DNA of 64,000 bases from Negaprion brevirostris. Lineage: Eukaryota. Shown here in pieces: positions 38,640-52,399 of the stretch. The stretch covers positions 36,864,192 through 36,928,191 of the forward strand of contig JARDVH010000124.1 in the NCBI GenBank assembly GCA_030324005.1, written 5' to 3'. Positions within the stretch are counted from its first letter, which is position 1. Every line of letters begins with the position of its first letter. Made by a program: the position numbers and the translations under genes. The notes beneath the pieces are model-generated. The model had not been told where the DNA came from, did not search any database, and worked only from the letters and a program-made list of their open reading frames with translations.

Positions 38640-40373
38640 CTTCAAAACTGCTTCAATCGCTGTAAAGCTCTTTGGGATGCGAAAGGCACTATATGAAGGC
38701 AGGTCTTTCTCCAGATATCCATTAACAACATGGTGTGAAGGCAACCCCCTTCCCAGCCACGTCTGCTGCAGTGATTTCACATGGCCTTTTTGAAAACTTT
38801 GAAAGTGCCATGTCTCCTTCCCCCCCCGCACAAAGTTTTCTGCTCAATGTCAAAGCTTCAGCCTTTGCTAGGATTGAGGGTTTGAATCTGTGACTACACC
38901 CATGATCAGCAGCCAATCCGCATCTTTCAAAATATGGAATCAGTTTGTTCCTCCTTATTTAAAAAGTTAATCCTTTCTCCTTATTTTTTGTTGTTCCAAA
39001 AATCAGTGCAGTTCGCTGTATAAAAAATATGGCCATCAGCATTGCAAGTGCAGCATATTAAAATAAGCTTAGCGCATGCCCCTGTGTCTCAGAGCAACTT
39101 GTTACGTTCTGAATTGTCAAACAAAAAACCATTCATTTCTGTCCTAATTAGGAGGTCTGTAATTGGAGAATATGACAGAGTTCAACTGCGCTATGTACTG
39201 TCTGCCAGGTCCCATAGTGTATGCTTTATAAAATGCTCTTCAATTCAGGAGCAGAATATCATTAACTTTGTAAGTGGATGAACACAATGGACATGCAATT
39301 TAATTAACTTCTAACATTGTATGTTGGAAGGTAGACAAAATGAAATTATGCACATATTTCTCAATAATGTAGGCAACCTTGAAAGGGCTTTATTGTGGCA
39401 GGTCAGACGGGGGGGTTCTACGAAGTCCAATTATTTCATATTTACTTGAACTCTAATTTTTTTTAACTTCTGTAGTTTATAAATCAATCATGTTTAAGTG
39501 TATGACATTGACAAAAATTCTCTGAAACTCAGAGCAGTTTAATATGAGCTTTGATATGCCCACTGTATCCTGTTACTAACTAATGCCCTTTTGTATGAGA
39601 ATGACCCCAGTAATATGAAATGAGACGGGCAATAAAATTAACTTTATACTTGATGTCTGCAATGTTTTGAAAGCTACTTTCCCCAAATATTTTATATGCC
39701 TTGATAGCATTAGTTTTCCTTTAGAAAATAGTGGCATACACTAAACCTTGTGCAGTGCAGTTCAACAGTACTTTAATGGCACGTACCTCACCAAATAAGT
39801 TAAATGCAACAAATGATAAATATCTATCATTTTCCAAATAAAAAAATGTTGCATTTGCATAAATGATGGATAAATAAATTTGCATCTGTTGCTAGTTGCA
39901 GCCTTTGTTCTTGATATGTAATAAATGACACATCTCAATATTTAGTCCACAATTAAGGAAACAGTTTCTCATAGAAACTACTCACACTATTGAAAAAACA
40001 GCTTTCAATAATCTGTTACTAGTATTGGAAGTTTTTCTGTGGGTTTTTGCAGACTTTTGAATAAATATTCTATGGTAGCTGAAAATTATCTTGGCTGTCT
40101 AGTAATGCAATTCTGAAATACTATGCTTAATTTTAGAGCAACTTGAATATAATCTTTGTTATTGGTTTCCAAGTTTTGTCCTGTAATTTCTTTGCTGTTT
40201 TGTAATTGTTCCTCTCAGTTGAATGGACAGAAAAAGGTCCTGCTGCTGAAGCTGGAGCCAATGGCTGTAAGGTCCATGAGTTCACTTCATAAGCTCAGTC
40301 CCTCTTCAAGGGAGAATCACTTCACCAGTCTCTCAATTTCCCTTGGATAGTGCAGCCAAGATCAGGAAGGGAG

Positions 40374-40605
40374 CAAAAACAGAAAACGTTGGAAAATTTC
40401 AGCAGGCTGACAGCATCTGTGGAGAGAAAATAGACCCAACGTAGAAAGAGAACAGAGCCAATGTTTCTGGATGACCCTTTGTCAGACATCCAGACTCGAA
40501 ATATTGGCTATATTCTTACTCCAGAAATGCTGTCAGACCTGCTGAGATTTTCCAGCATTTTCTGTTTTTGTTTCAGATTCCAGCGTCTGCAGGATTTTGC
40601 CTTTG
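40374..40605. mobile_element. Palindromic Penelope-like element, second family, with decayed hammerhead halves
   Basis: caaaaacagaaaacgttggaaaattttcagcagg..gacagcatctgtggag pairs with ctccagaaatgctgtcagacctgctgagattttccagcattttctgtttttg. Confidence 0.7.
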
Positions 40606-42094
40606 TCTGGATAACAGCAAATTCCACATCCTGTCATTGGCTATTTTACTCTCTGTGAGCTGAGGGGAGATTTCTACTGAAAATGAGAATGCCACATAGA
40701 TGCAATAGTGCTGATTTAGCTTGGACTGTTTAATTGATGAACATTTTGATCAGTTTGGATTGTTACTCTTTAAGCCTTTTAAAAGAAATACCACATATGG
40801 GTGGTATTTAGAGGAAGAAGTGTTTTGAATTCTGAATGACTTGAGTTGCTGGATCGAATAGTAGAGCACGGAAGCTTTAACCAAAATTCTGCCCATGTGG
40901 CAGGTTTGCCAGTATTCACACTGCCTAATGGAGTGTTCAGCAGCAGGGAAGCGCTCACCCCTGTTTGGATGACAGGAATAGCCGCCTTCCCTTACAACTC
41001 CTCCCAAATGAGTGGCGCATATATATTTTCGATATCTGCTAATTACCCAAGTTGCTCCCATATCCTGACCAAGATAACGTAAAGGAGCCAAATAAAACAA
41101 TGGCCAACATTCAGGAAAGGCTCACTGAATAATCAAGTGAGCTCAGTAACCTAATAGCGAGAAGTTTCTCACCTTCTGGTGGGCGTGAATGCTTAGCATC
41201 AAGACTGAGTGAATGAATGAATTCCAGATAAGATATACTTTTCCATAGTGCCTCAGAAAACATCACTTTTATGATATGATTATTGTGTTTATTTCTGTCT
41301 ACAGTTAATGCAATTACTCATTTGCTCCTTTGGGTCCCACTCAGAAGTTAATAGATGCATTTTACTAATGGAAAATTAAGTAGAGCTACTGACAGTGAGG
41401 TTTATAAATATGTAAAATATAGTTTTAATTAAAATGGCAGGAAATCAATAAAATGAGACGTGACAAACATACAGTTGACGTATGCTATTGTTAAAAGATC
41501 AGGACTTTCTGTCAACAGAGTATTTTCCAATTAATATTCTTTGATTGTGATTACTAATCCATTTATCATTAGTAATGACACACACAGTATAAAAAAAATT
41601 CATTGCTCAATTTGGTTCTGAACTCTGACTTTCAAATATTTATACAGCTACATGCACATTTGGCACTTACCTATTGATAGTTATATGGTTATTTATAGAC
41701 TATATGTGAGTTCTAAACTTTAATAATGCACAACTTTATTCATCAATTTGCCTCTTATGTAATGTCTCCATTATGGCAGCAAATTCTGTGCTCTCCTTGG
41801 TTCTTTCATGTGAGAAATGGAAAGAAGTAGAGGTATAAATATTAGTTTGGTTCAATGAGCAGCACTGTCAACTCTGAGTCAGAGGTTGTGGGTTCTTCAC
41901 TGTATACTTGAGCGATTCCATGTGGTACAGAGCAGGGGCTGCCTTGTTGGAAATTCCTGTCTTAGTGGACATGACGGCTTTGTGGCTATTAGCACAGGTC
42001 AGGAAATCAAATTGAACCATAAAATCTGTGGCCAAAAAACCTAACTGGGTCACTTCTGTCCTTCAGGGAAGAAAGCCTGGCCTGGTCTACATGT

Positions 42095-42478
42095 GTCTTG
42101 TATTTATAATAATGCTTTTCATAACTCAAACTGTTTTACAATCCATGAACCACTTCTGAAGTGTTGCATTGTGACAACTAATTTATGCACAACAAACTCC
42201 CACAAATAGCAATGTGATGACCAAATAAACTGTTTCTGTGTTAAATATTGACCAGGACATTGGCATAACTCTCCTGATCTACAAAATAATGTTGCACTGG
42301 CAAATAAGGGGCTCTGTCATATCTCTTCTGATAAACAGCACCTCTGACTGTGCTACATTTGCTCAGTCCTATAGGGGAGTGTTAACCTTGACTGTTCTGC
42401 TCAAGACCTGGAGTGGGGCTTGAACCCAGAACCATGCGCCTTAGGAGTGACAGCGCAACCAGCTGAGTCAAGGCTGAA
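42095..42478 (-). mobile_element. Deu-domain SINE nested in a second-family SINE (~42010-42095 and 42480-42575, + strand)
   Basis: gcacaacaaactcccacaaatagcaatgtgat...aaatattgaccaggaca...ttgaacccagaacc. The host halves cttcagggaagaaa..ctggtctacatgtg and ggacaataaatgctg flank it. Confidence 0.7.
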
Positions 42479-43227
42479 ACCACGTGGCGGATTCTTAATA
42501 GCCTCGGTATATCTATAACGTGGACAATAAATGCTGCCTAATCAATACTGGCCACATCCAAAAACAGTTAAATCATTTTGTTAGTGCAATTTTCAGTTAT
42601 GTTGGAATTATTCAATGGAACTTTTGGCCCTTTACCTTTTAGATTAAAGGGATCAAAATATTAATAAGAGTGAAGAAAGCTGTATAAAACACACAGAAGA
42701 AACGTAAATGGCATGTCAAATAGAACTTTGCCTTTATTTGTTCACATTGGTGTGGAGATAGGGCTTGAGGTAAGATGGGACTGAAGAAAATGTAAGGGTT
42801 CTAAGTAGGAGATGACAGCAGGATGCAAGTGTCAGTCCCATGTATTGAGGCAAAATATTGTCAAGAAACAAAGACACTCGTGCAATATACAAATGAGCTC
42901 TGCAGGAATGGGAAACACCCAAGCACAATCTCTATCTGCTCATGGTTGATCTTCCCACAAGATTCTATCTCTCGCCCAAATAGCAGTTAATCTTTCAATG
43001 AACTCATCTTGTGTTCTCTTAAAATGAGTTCAAAGGTTTGTTGGAAAAAGGGTGGGCACCTGCACCTTTAACAGCAGACTTACGCATTTATTATGATGTT
43101 CCTAATTGTCATGGAGATAGATGTACGCACTGGACTTTCTGCTGATCCTCCATCAAAGTGATGGTGTCTGGTCAAGAGAACCTTGGAAGTAATTCTTCCC
43201 ATTGTGTTTCCCACAGCATAATGGTCC

Positions 43228-43558
43228 AATCGTAGAATCCTTAGAATCATGCAATACAGAAGGAGGCCTCTCAGCCCATCAAGTCTGTACCGACCAGAAT
43301 CCAACTCAGGCCCTCTTCCAGTAACCCTATGTATTTATCCTGCTAATTCCCCGACACTAGGGTCAATGTAGCACGGCCAATCAACCTAACCTGCATGTAT
43401 TTGGACTGTGGGAGGAAACCGGAGCACCCAGAGAAAAACCATGTAGATACAGGGAGAAAGTGCAAACTCCACACAGAGAGTGACCTGAGGCCGGAATTGA
43501 ACCTTGGATCCTGGCAGTGTGAGGCAGCAGTGCTAACCACTGTGCCACTGTGCTGCCC
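43228..43558 (-). mobile_element. Full-length HE1-type V-SINE
   Basis: Complete head, core and tail in reverse orientation. Confidence 0.9.
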
Positions 43559-43721
43559 ATCTTAAAAACAGTATTTCCACTGACTTGCTGAAAGTGAGAC
43601 CATAGGAGACTTATTTTTATGGAATAATTATTGTACTTGGACATGCAGCTGGGTACCACTCAACTTTACTTTAGTAGCAAGAGTATTGCACATTGCAGAG
43701 TATAACGCTTAATGAAAGTCT

Positions 43722-43933
43722 GAAGATGTGTAAGTTAGGTGGATTGGCCATGTTAAATCACCCATTAGTGTCCTATGAAGTGTAGATAAGGTGGGTTAGC
43801 CATGGGAAATTTGCAGGTTACAGGGGTAGAGCAGGAGAGAGGACCTGGGCAAGATACTCTGTTAGAGAGTCGGTGCAAACTCAATGGGCTGAATGGTCTC
43901 TTCTGCACTGTAGGTTATCTATGATTCTATGAA
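43722..43933 (+). mobile_element. HE1-type V-SINE, 3' half
   Basis: gttaggtggattggccatgttaaat...ttctgcactgtaggttatctatgattctatga. Confidence 0.85.
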
Positions 43934-46900
43934 TGGTAAAGTTGAGCCTGCATTTTTCATGCCTGACCATATTTACATAACTGCAGCCATGCTAGATCTC
44001 TAAATAAGTCCCTGGTTCCAGCCAGAATGCCTGTGTACCTAGAATACGTTAGTTTGTAGTGGTTGTGATTTTTATTTATAGGTGGTACTGTTGTGTACCT
44101 CTTTGGGGGGCTCTCAGTTGCCCAAGGATCTGAAGTTGGCCCATCATATTCCTGCAACTCCATCTCCAGCCTGCAGCCAGCCCCAATTTGCCAGTCTGGT
44201 ACTGTGAACTTTTTTTGCTGGTGGGGGTCAGCTTCTTCTTTCTCCGCGGCCTAAGTCCCAATTTGACTCTGGTTTCATGTGCTGCTTGGCTTTGTCTCAA
44301 ACTTCCTCTGGGACATCAACTACCCTTCTGCAGTCGGAAAGGCAAATCTCACTCCCTGACTCATTCTAGCTCCTCCACCCAAAAACTAATGGTATCCAGA
44401 CTCTGACACTGGCCTGGATACAATCAGCTGGCCTTGCCCCTCTGCCCCTAACCCTGGCATTTGATACCAACCTGACATGAACGTTTCTTTGTGGCATTAC
44501 TTTTTGATCTCCACAGACACTATGATGAAGACAGAGCAATCAGTGTAGCAGAGGGACAGAGACTGAGTGATAAAGACATGGGAACCTGACAGGATAGAAA
44601 GAAAAGGGCTGAGAAAGAAAGAGATCAAGTCAGGAAGAAAAGAGAGACCTGTGATAAACTGAGTAGAAATCAATATTAGGACAGAACTCTCAAAGTCAGT
44701 AAAAAATTAATGGATTATAATATCATACCAATAAATTTGGGCAGCAAATTCAAATTCCTCAGGTGGAAAGTGGAGCACTGAGAGCAGTGATCCTGTTCAA
44801 AGCTGCAGAGAGAGAAGGATTTCAGGGTGACATATCCATCATAGAAAAGGGTAAAAGAACAGGATAGATGGGGAAGATGGACAAAGAGGCAGACTAATCA
44901 TGGCAACTTTGTCAAAGTCATGATAAGCCCAGGCAAAGTGGCCAGGGAGATCATATCTTCCTCTTTTGGGATGACAGTGAGGAATTCATTAATGTCAGAG
45001 CAGAACTTTCCTGTAATATCTTCATCAGAGAAAAGGGTCAGCACATTGGGGCTGATGACAATTCAGTGATTGGTACACTTGGTGGAGGAAGATCTGGCCC
45101 AGTGGGGTGGAACTTCAGAAGTGTTTGGATGAACTATTTGTGGTACTGGATGGCGTAACCCTGAAGGTGAAAGTTCTGGAAGATGAAGCCTCCGGAATGT
45201 TGCAAGATAACTTGCAATTGATTCTATTTCTTTTTACGATGGACTCTCTTGTTCTAAAGAAATAGTTTGTTATTGTTTTATTAGTTCTTGGTATTGTGTT
45301 AGTTTGTTGATTTATTACTTAAGGGTGCACTTGGCAAAATGTGTGCTTGGTGAAGGGTGCACTCGGTGAAGAGTGCCTCTAATTTGGAATTAAATTATGA
45401 TATGCCATTCGTTTTTTAAAAAATCAATCTAAATCAATCTGACATTAAGCACGGTCTCTTTGTAAACTATTTTAGAAAAGCTTTGTCGGATCCTTCACCC
45501 TGAATTTTTGTATTTGGTAATATTTCCTTCGCATTTGACTTTTAAGTGTTGCCTTTCAAGTTGTATTTTGAAGGTAGGGGTATGCTGTTGAATATGATCA
45601 TTAACATGAGATGCTAGGCTTTAGAGAATATTTACCAAGAAACAAGAACATAATGTGTCCTTATTTCCATGTATTTTATTCAACCAACTGTGGTGTCATC
45701 TCCAGTCTTTATTGTCAGTGAGAACTCACTAGTGAATGGAAGTGCATGTAAGAGAGACCGAGCTTCACGCAGCTAAAGGAGAAGGTCATAAATGTTGTCA
45801 CCTTTCAGTAAAATCATTTTCATTCTAAACTTGAAACAATGATAACAGTTAATCAGATGGAATTGCTATAAGAAACTGCTTTCACAATATTGAGAAAGGA
45901 ACACTCTCTCCAATTGGACAGTTGATGCCTATAAATTCTGTTCTGCTGAGTGGACAATTCAGCTTTAAATAAACAGTTGTACAAGACAAGAAATATAATT
46001 ATATGGTTGTACAGCCAGATATAGAGGGACATCTTCATCACCTGACAAATTATGATAAGGTGTAATAATAATGCTTCACACTAAAAATGGAAGGGCTATG
46101 CATTGCAGTGAGTTAAAAGACTTAAGTCTCAAGTAATAAGGCTCACAGCATTGGTTTAAATTAGCATCACATGTATGTAGCAGTGGCCTCTAGTGACACT
46201 GCCTAAACCACAAATGAATTAAGCCAACTGGTGAAACATATATATTTTCTGTCCCATGTCAGGTTGCCTTTTGTTTTGGATGTTTATAACATAAATTTGA
46301 GCAGTTAATGTTAGTGTTCAGTGATTAGAACAATGTAGTAGTTGTGAATGATGTGAATGTACCAATCAAAATCAGCAAATCCAATCAATGGCTTCAATAA
46401 GTAGCTTCCTCAAGAATGGATGTGCTTATGAACTGTATGTGAAAACAAGCAGTCAGATGGATGCTGTGACTTAAGGTGTAGTTTTGACCATTTTTAAAAT
46501 CAGCTTGAGTTATGCACCAAATCTTGAGTCCGGTTAGTGTGAGACAGATCACCCTGAGGTTGTCCCAAAATGCTGAATTCTGCAAGCCACTCAGGACTGA
46601 CTTTTCAGGGTCATACCTTCNNNNNNNNNNNNNNNNNNNNNNNNNNNNNNNNNNNNNNNNNNNNNNNNNNNNNNNNNNNNNNNNNNNNNNNNNNNNNNNN
46701 NNNNNNNNNNNNNNNNNNNNNNNNNNNNNNNNNNNNNNNNNNNNNNNNNNNNNNNNNNNNNNNNNNNNNNNNNNNNNNNNNNNNNNNNNNNNNNNNNNNN
46801 NNNNNNNNNNNNNNNNNNNNNNNNNNNNNNNNNNNNNNNNNNNNNNNNNNNNNNNNNNNNNNNNGATACCAAATCTATTAATACTTATGATCCTAAAATT

Positions 46901-49049
46901 ACTTTCTATCAGCATCGAAGCAGTGTTTTCCCATTCTTGGGACCGTCCTTGCCTCCAACGCAGTTCACCTTGAGTTATCTGACAGGCCATCTCTTGCTGG
47001 CTTTCCTCATTTGCCACCTTTAGAAAGCCTGGTGCAGTGTGTTTGGGTCACCAGAAGGTGTACTCATCAATTAAATGTATGACGGTATTTTGCGTTGGAT
47101 GAACTAATATGTCAAGGAGATGGGCAGGACCCCATGTTTGGGCTTTTGACAAATCAGCAAATGTTTAATCTCAAGATGTGCAGGTTCTCATAAATAATGC
47201 AGTGATTACTGAGACAGAACTCCGTGTGAATGTTTTCCCAGTGTGTGCGGTCAGGAAAAAAATAACTAAATCACTTCCTTTTTGGTTGCTTCCTTGAGAG
47301 ACCAATTTTCCATCATATAGTTTTATGTCCTCAGATAAACTAACAAGTGACCCTTCGATGTGACCATTCTTTGGAAAATCATTTTTGGCCTTTTGTGGTT
47401 TTTAATAATTTGTCGCAGTTGTCGTTTTACTCAACATTCCTCAGTTGCTCCATGCAACAAATCATTGTTGGTGAAGATACATCAGCGAAATTTGCTTTTT
47501 TAAAATCAGTTGTATTTTCTGAATCCAAACCAATGCATGAGAAAATAGTTGAAAACCCTTGGGATCTGTGAGACTGTACTTCATAGAATCCTCTGCTGCA
47601 ATCACCCCTTCAATCCAGACTCAGTGAGACCAGGTCTTATATATTACATGGAATTTGTGGACATGGGAATGGTGAAGACATTGCAGTCATATGTGCGTGT
47701 ATCATGTAAATGTGTCTGTTACCAAGGTGCAGGCTCTTGCTCTCTCTCTCCATCACTCACATGGTGAGTGCAAGATCTGAAGGCTGGAGCAGAAGGGTTG
47801 TTTTTAGGCAGTCGACCGTATCGCAGTCATGAGGGGAAGTGTCAACAAGGTCAATGGAATGTCCTAGTGAAATAGTGAAATGGCATCTCGGTTAACACTA
47901 CATAAATGAAAGTCCGTTTGACCCCTGATTCTAAAGTAAAGGGTCACTCAAAAGATGACGAGGGTGGGTGCAGGACTTAAATTTCCATTCTATGCTACTT
48001 TACACTGTCCCATTGTACAGTATCCAAAAATTATGTAATTCAGTATGTTCACAATGATATGCCTAAAATTAGCTTAGCAAACAAGTAACTAATACCTTCA
48101 TCATCACTGTGCAAACTGGAGGCTTGGGTTCAATACCAAAGAAACTGATTTCCAGTCTTTTGAACAATGCCTGTCTGTTCAATCCCAAGACATTTGGGGA
48201 TTTAGGAAATACACAGTTGTAAGTTTAAGGTACAATACGGTAAAGTGAAGGGTCTAAAAGTTTTATCCTGCAGTTTAAATTCTCAAAACTAGAACTGATG
48301 TCCTGATAGTATGATACACTTTGTCTCTGTTTTCAGCTATTTCACAAAACACCCAACTTGATTGTGAGCCCTTGATGGAGTTGGCATCAGAGGACAATGG
48401 ATACTAAATTTGGTGATGTGTGCCAGTTCCCTGGCTTCGTCCCACCTCCCAAGTTATTTCCCCAGACCCACATGGCATACAGTTGGTTAAAGTAGTTAAG
48501 GGTCTATTTAGGCTGACGGACTCCAGGTTCCTGCAGGCAATAAGAGCCAGTTGAATTGCCTGGAGTGGCCCCCCAGAAACTGATCAGATTCCAGTGCCCC
48601 GGCAGGCCCTGGACTCTGGCAATCTAGCTCTAAGGCCTGTTTCATTACAAGTTGCAGAGAGGGCAATCTGCTCCCTTTTTGAACCACAATTGCTCTCACT
48701 ATCCTGCCATTACTGCCTGCAGCTCCGTCCAAGCTGGAAGGCCTCTGATTGTCTCTCAAGCATTGAGAGCCCATGTCCCAGATCCACAGTTCAGATGCTC
48801 ACAGGGAAAATCCTATCCTTGCTCTTGGCTTCATTTGTGTCACAGAAAATCAACTAGTGAACAGTCAACAAATCTTCCTGTCCAGAAGCCATAGAGCTGA
48901 TTTTAATAGTGGTTGAGAGCAAATTGCCTGTTATTTTGCCTGACATAAACAGAATGTGCCTAAGGTGGATAATCTGCTGCTACTTATTTTCCCCCAATGC
49001 TGATCAGCTCTCTTATTTTTCTTGTTAATATTTAAATGTTTTCAGAGTA

Positions 49050-49340
49050 TTAGGCTTACATCAGTAGGCTTACATTAACACTGCAATGAAGTTACTGTGA
49101 AAATCCCCTTGTTCCACACTCCGGCGCTTGTTCAGGTACACCAAGGGAGATTTTAGCATGGCCAATGCACCTAACCAGCATGTCTTTCAGACTGTGGGAG
49201 GAAACCAGAGCACCCAGAGGAAAGCCACGCAGACATGGGGAGAACATGTAGATTCTGCACAATGACCCAAGTCTGGGAATCAAACCTGAGTCCCTGGTGC
49301 TGTGAGACAGCACTGCTAACCACTGTGCCACCGCGTTCCC
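49050..49340 (-). mobile_element. V-SINE with type B tail
   Basis: agtaggcttacattaacactgcaatgaagttactgtgaaaatcccc...gctaaccactgtgccaccg. Confidence 0.88.
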
Positions 49341-49909
49341 CAATAAAATTATACTGATGATTTCTCATGTAAACAGTTACCTGTCATGGTTTTTGTTGAT
49401 GAACAAGTCAAATAAAAATAAAACGTTTTCAAAAGCATGTTCACGTCATTTTCCTCTGTAGATTTTAATGCCCACAATCAGATTGCAGTCAAAATCGTAA
49501 AAATGTTGTAAATGTTCATTAAACACAATTGTATTTAGCCACTAAAATAAATATCGTTTGTGTCTTTTAATGTACCCATGAAAGATTTTACTTTAAGGCC
49601 TTAGGCTATCTCAAAAGCTTGGACTTCTAATACAGATTTTTGCTTCAGAGAATTTCCAATCATATCTGTGCATTCTAAGCATATGCATTCTGTACAATTT
49701 TCCAGCAACCTATCCACACACCCTGAGTAAATGTCACCCACAGAATTATAAAGCTGATTTGAAGCAGAAAGATCTGTCCTCATCCAGTGAGAACTTGATT
49801 TTCAAAAAATATTGGTGATTGAATGCTTAAACATCTATTTAAGGCAATTGTCACTTAAAATACTTAACTTTTCTATTATGATGTATTCGGACAGGCAAGA
49901 TGTGAAATT

Positions 49910-50070
49910 ACATAGAATCCCTACAGTACAGAAGGAGACCATTTGGCCCATCAAGTCTGTCCCGACCACATTCCCACCCAGGCCCTATTCCCGTAACCCT
50001 CATTTACCCTGCTAATCCCTCTGACACTAGGATCAATTTAGCCTGGCAAATCAACCTAACCCGCACATCT
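49910..50070 (-). mobile_element. HE1-type V-SINE, 3' half
   Basis: catagaatccctacagtacagaaggag...aatcaacctaacccgcacatct. Confidence 0.85.
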
Positions 50071-50319
50071 CTGCACAGTATGACTGCAGTTTTGTTTTCT
50101 AACCATCAAAAGTGATGATTTTTTTTTGTTAACAGGTGTTTTTTTTCCACACTTTGAAATGTTGGAAATTTGATTAAATAACCTTTCTCTTCTGCACTAT
50201 TTTAGGAATTAAGTGATTTTTTAAAAAATAATTCAGTACTGGGCCGTTACGTAAAGCATCACATTTTGAGCATTTCAATAAGTTTTTTTTGTTTATAAAA
50301 ATAACATTTTCTAAGAAGT

Positions 50320-50455
50320 TTTTTTTATTCATGTCACATTAACACAGCAATGAAGTTACTGTGAAAATCCCCAAATCGCACACGCAGGCACCTGTTCGGG
50401 TGTACCGAGGGAGAATTTAGCATGGCCAGTGCACCTAACCAGAACATCTTTCAGA
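50320..50455 (-). mobile_element. V-SINE type B tail fragment
   Basis: cattaacacagcaatgaagttactgtgaaaatcccc...gagggagaatttagcatggcc. Confidence 0.8.
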
Positions 50456-51004
50456 TTCTCATGCCCTGGGTCATGGGTTCAAGACACTTGAACACAGAAT
50501 CTAGTATGACATTTCAATTAAGTACTGAGGGAATGCTTCACTGGCAGAGGTGACATCTTTCTGATGAGCCACAGAACAAAAGATCTCAGGACTAACTATG
50601 TGACCCAACATTACTGCCTCCCAGACCCTGAAACACCATTCAAAGTGTTCGTTTGAACCCAACGTTTATCCAATTACTGCCAAAAACCGTTTAAACCAAT
50701 GCTAATGAGTTAGTCTCTGGTAATAATATTTAACAAATAAATCCTTTCTTATAGAACTTCCAACTGGTTATAGATAGCATCATGGGAAATTTTCTGATCC
50801 ACAGCAGGCCTTGCAGTAAGTTCAAAGTCACAGTCTTGCAAATGGCAAAGGTTCCAAATTGGAGGAAGAATTTAGGAGGAAGCTTCTAAGAGATCAGATT
50901 TATTTTTGATTTCCTTTATCACTGCATGAAAATTAATAAATCATTACCGTAGTAAATCTGTTTCTCTATCATCATTATTTAAAAGTTTGTGGTATAAACA
51001 AAAA

Positions 51005-51163
51005 ACAACTGCATAACCACTTACAAATATATTATAAATATACAACTACAGTAACCATTTATATGAGTGTACAACTGCAGTAACCACTTAGAAATATTTT
51101 ATAAATATACATTATAAATGTACAAAGGCAGGAACTACTTACAAATACAAATATATTATAAAC
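51005..51163. repeat. Degenerate AT-rich minisatellite (~30-45 bp units)
   Basis: Recurring caact(g/a)ca(g)taacca(c)tta...aaatat(a)ttataaat. Confidence 0.7.
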
Positions 51164-52106
51164 CATAAAGTTTCCAATTTAAAATTTGTTCTTTGCCTAA
51201 TATGCTGCAAACAGTTCTCAGCTCATGTAACTGAATTACTCTTTCCAGGAAAATTACCTCAGAAAAAGTTGGTCAGTTTGAGTTTTGCTCTGATTAAAAT
51301 GACCAAGGGTAAAGTGAATTAGTATTTTTGGAATACTACTCCTACTCCCACTTGGGAGTAGGAATTGGAGAATTGGGACCATTGTGTTTCTTGCTTTGTC
51401 TCCAACCTGGGCTTCCATTTAGCAAAGCGTCACCCTGAGATTGCAGCTTTGCAGAATCTGCCATACTACATCATAGTTTACCTTACAGATCTCTGGGCTT
51501 CTCCCCCAACACTGCGAGGAGACGTAGTTGATGGTAGCAGGTTCTGGCAAGCTAACTGCTTTCTGGAGCCAAGGTGAAAAGAGGAGGAACTCAACATGTT
51601 TGACAAGGCCAGTAGCCAACCAGGAAACATCAAGGGATTTGCACAGAAAAATTAGCAAAGCCCAGCCAAATATTGTGAGGTCCAATCAAGGATTCCAGGT
51701 TGAATGTTTGACAACATCTGGAATTGATTTAATTGCTTCAACTTCTTCTATTTGCAAATCTTGCTGCTGGCAAAATTTGGAGCTTCTTAAAATTATTGCT
51801 GAATGGTTTTCACTTGCTGCCCGCTGAGTGCTACCTTGCTTGGCTGTTCAGGTGTGATTTGGTGCTGCCTTAGGAATATGGAATCTAAGCTGATCAACTG
51901 CAAGTGTGACAGAAACACACTTATGTGGTACAAGACATGACATGTGGGGTATGCTGGGAACAGACATGCATCGAAGGAAGAATTAGGTTAAATGTTTCTA
52001 TAGATGCAGCTTGCTTTTGGTTGTGAGAAAACACCATATATCATATTATTTTCCAAATACATTGCATAAACCAGTGTTGAATAAAACTTTTGTGTTTCTT
52101 TTGCAG

Positions 52107-52170
52107 GCATTAGGAAATCTTTACTTTCTTCACGAGTCTTTGAAAAATACCTATCAGTTTGATTTTAAAG
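52107..52170 (+). CDS. INPP5A: INPP5A internal coding exon (equivalent to human exon 5), ALGNLYFLHESLKNTYQFDFK + 1 nt
   Basis: Pyrimidine tract then ttgcag|GCA acceptor and AAAG|gtaacc donor. The peptide matches human INPP5A ALGSFYFLHESLKNIYQFDFK (recalled). 64 nt, phase 0 to 1, joins in frame to the next exon (G+CT = Ala). Confidence 0.95.
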
Positions 52171-52399
52171 GTAACCTTTACGTAACTACTTATTAAAAGA
52201 TTACAAATAGTGGGCCCAATTCTATATTCATCATTAAAGTTAATGCAGCTGTTGACTCTTGTGTTGTATTTGGGCATCAAATTAAGTGCATTAGTGCTTT
52301 TAAGCATATATTTACTTCTGATACATTTGCCTCATTGTGGAACAGCATGAAACAATCGCTGTTTAAAGCACAAATACATTGCATTGCTCACAGACAGTC

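Noticed and set aside
1-52106. Upstream INPP5A exons (PENLQKNW.., VVHTHKPH.., ELLSSDAMKEYN..)
   Set aside because: Searched by eye with no match. They probably lie before the window, although a short exon could be missed or hidden in a gap.
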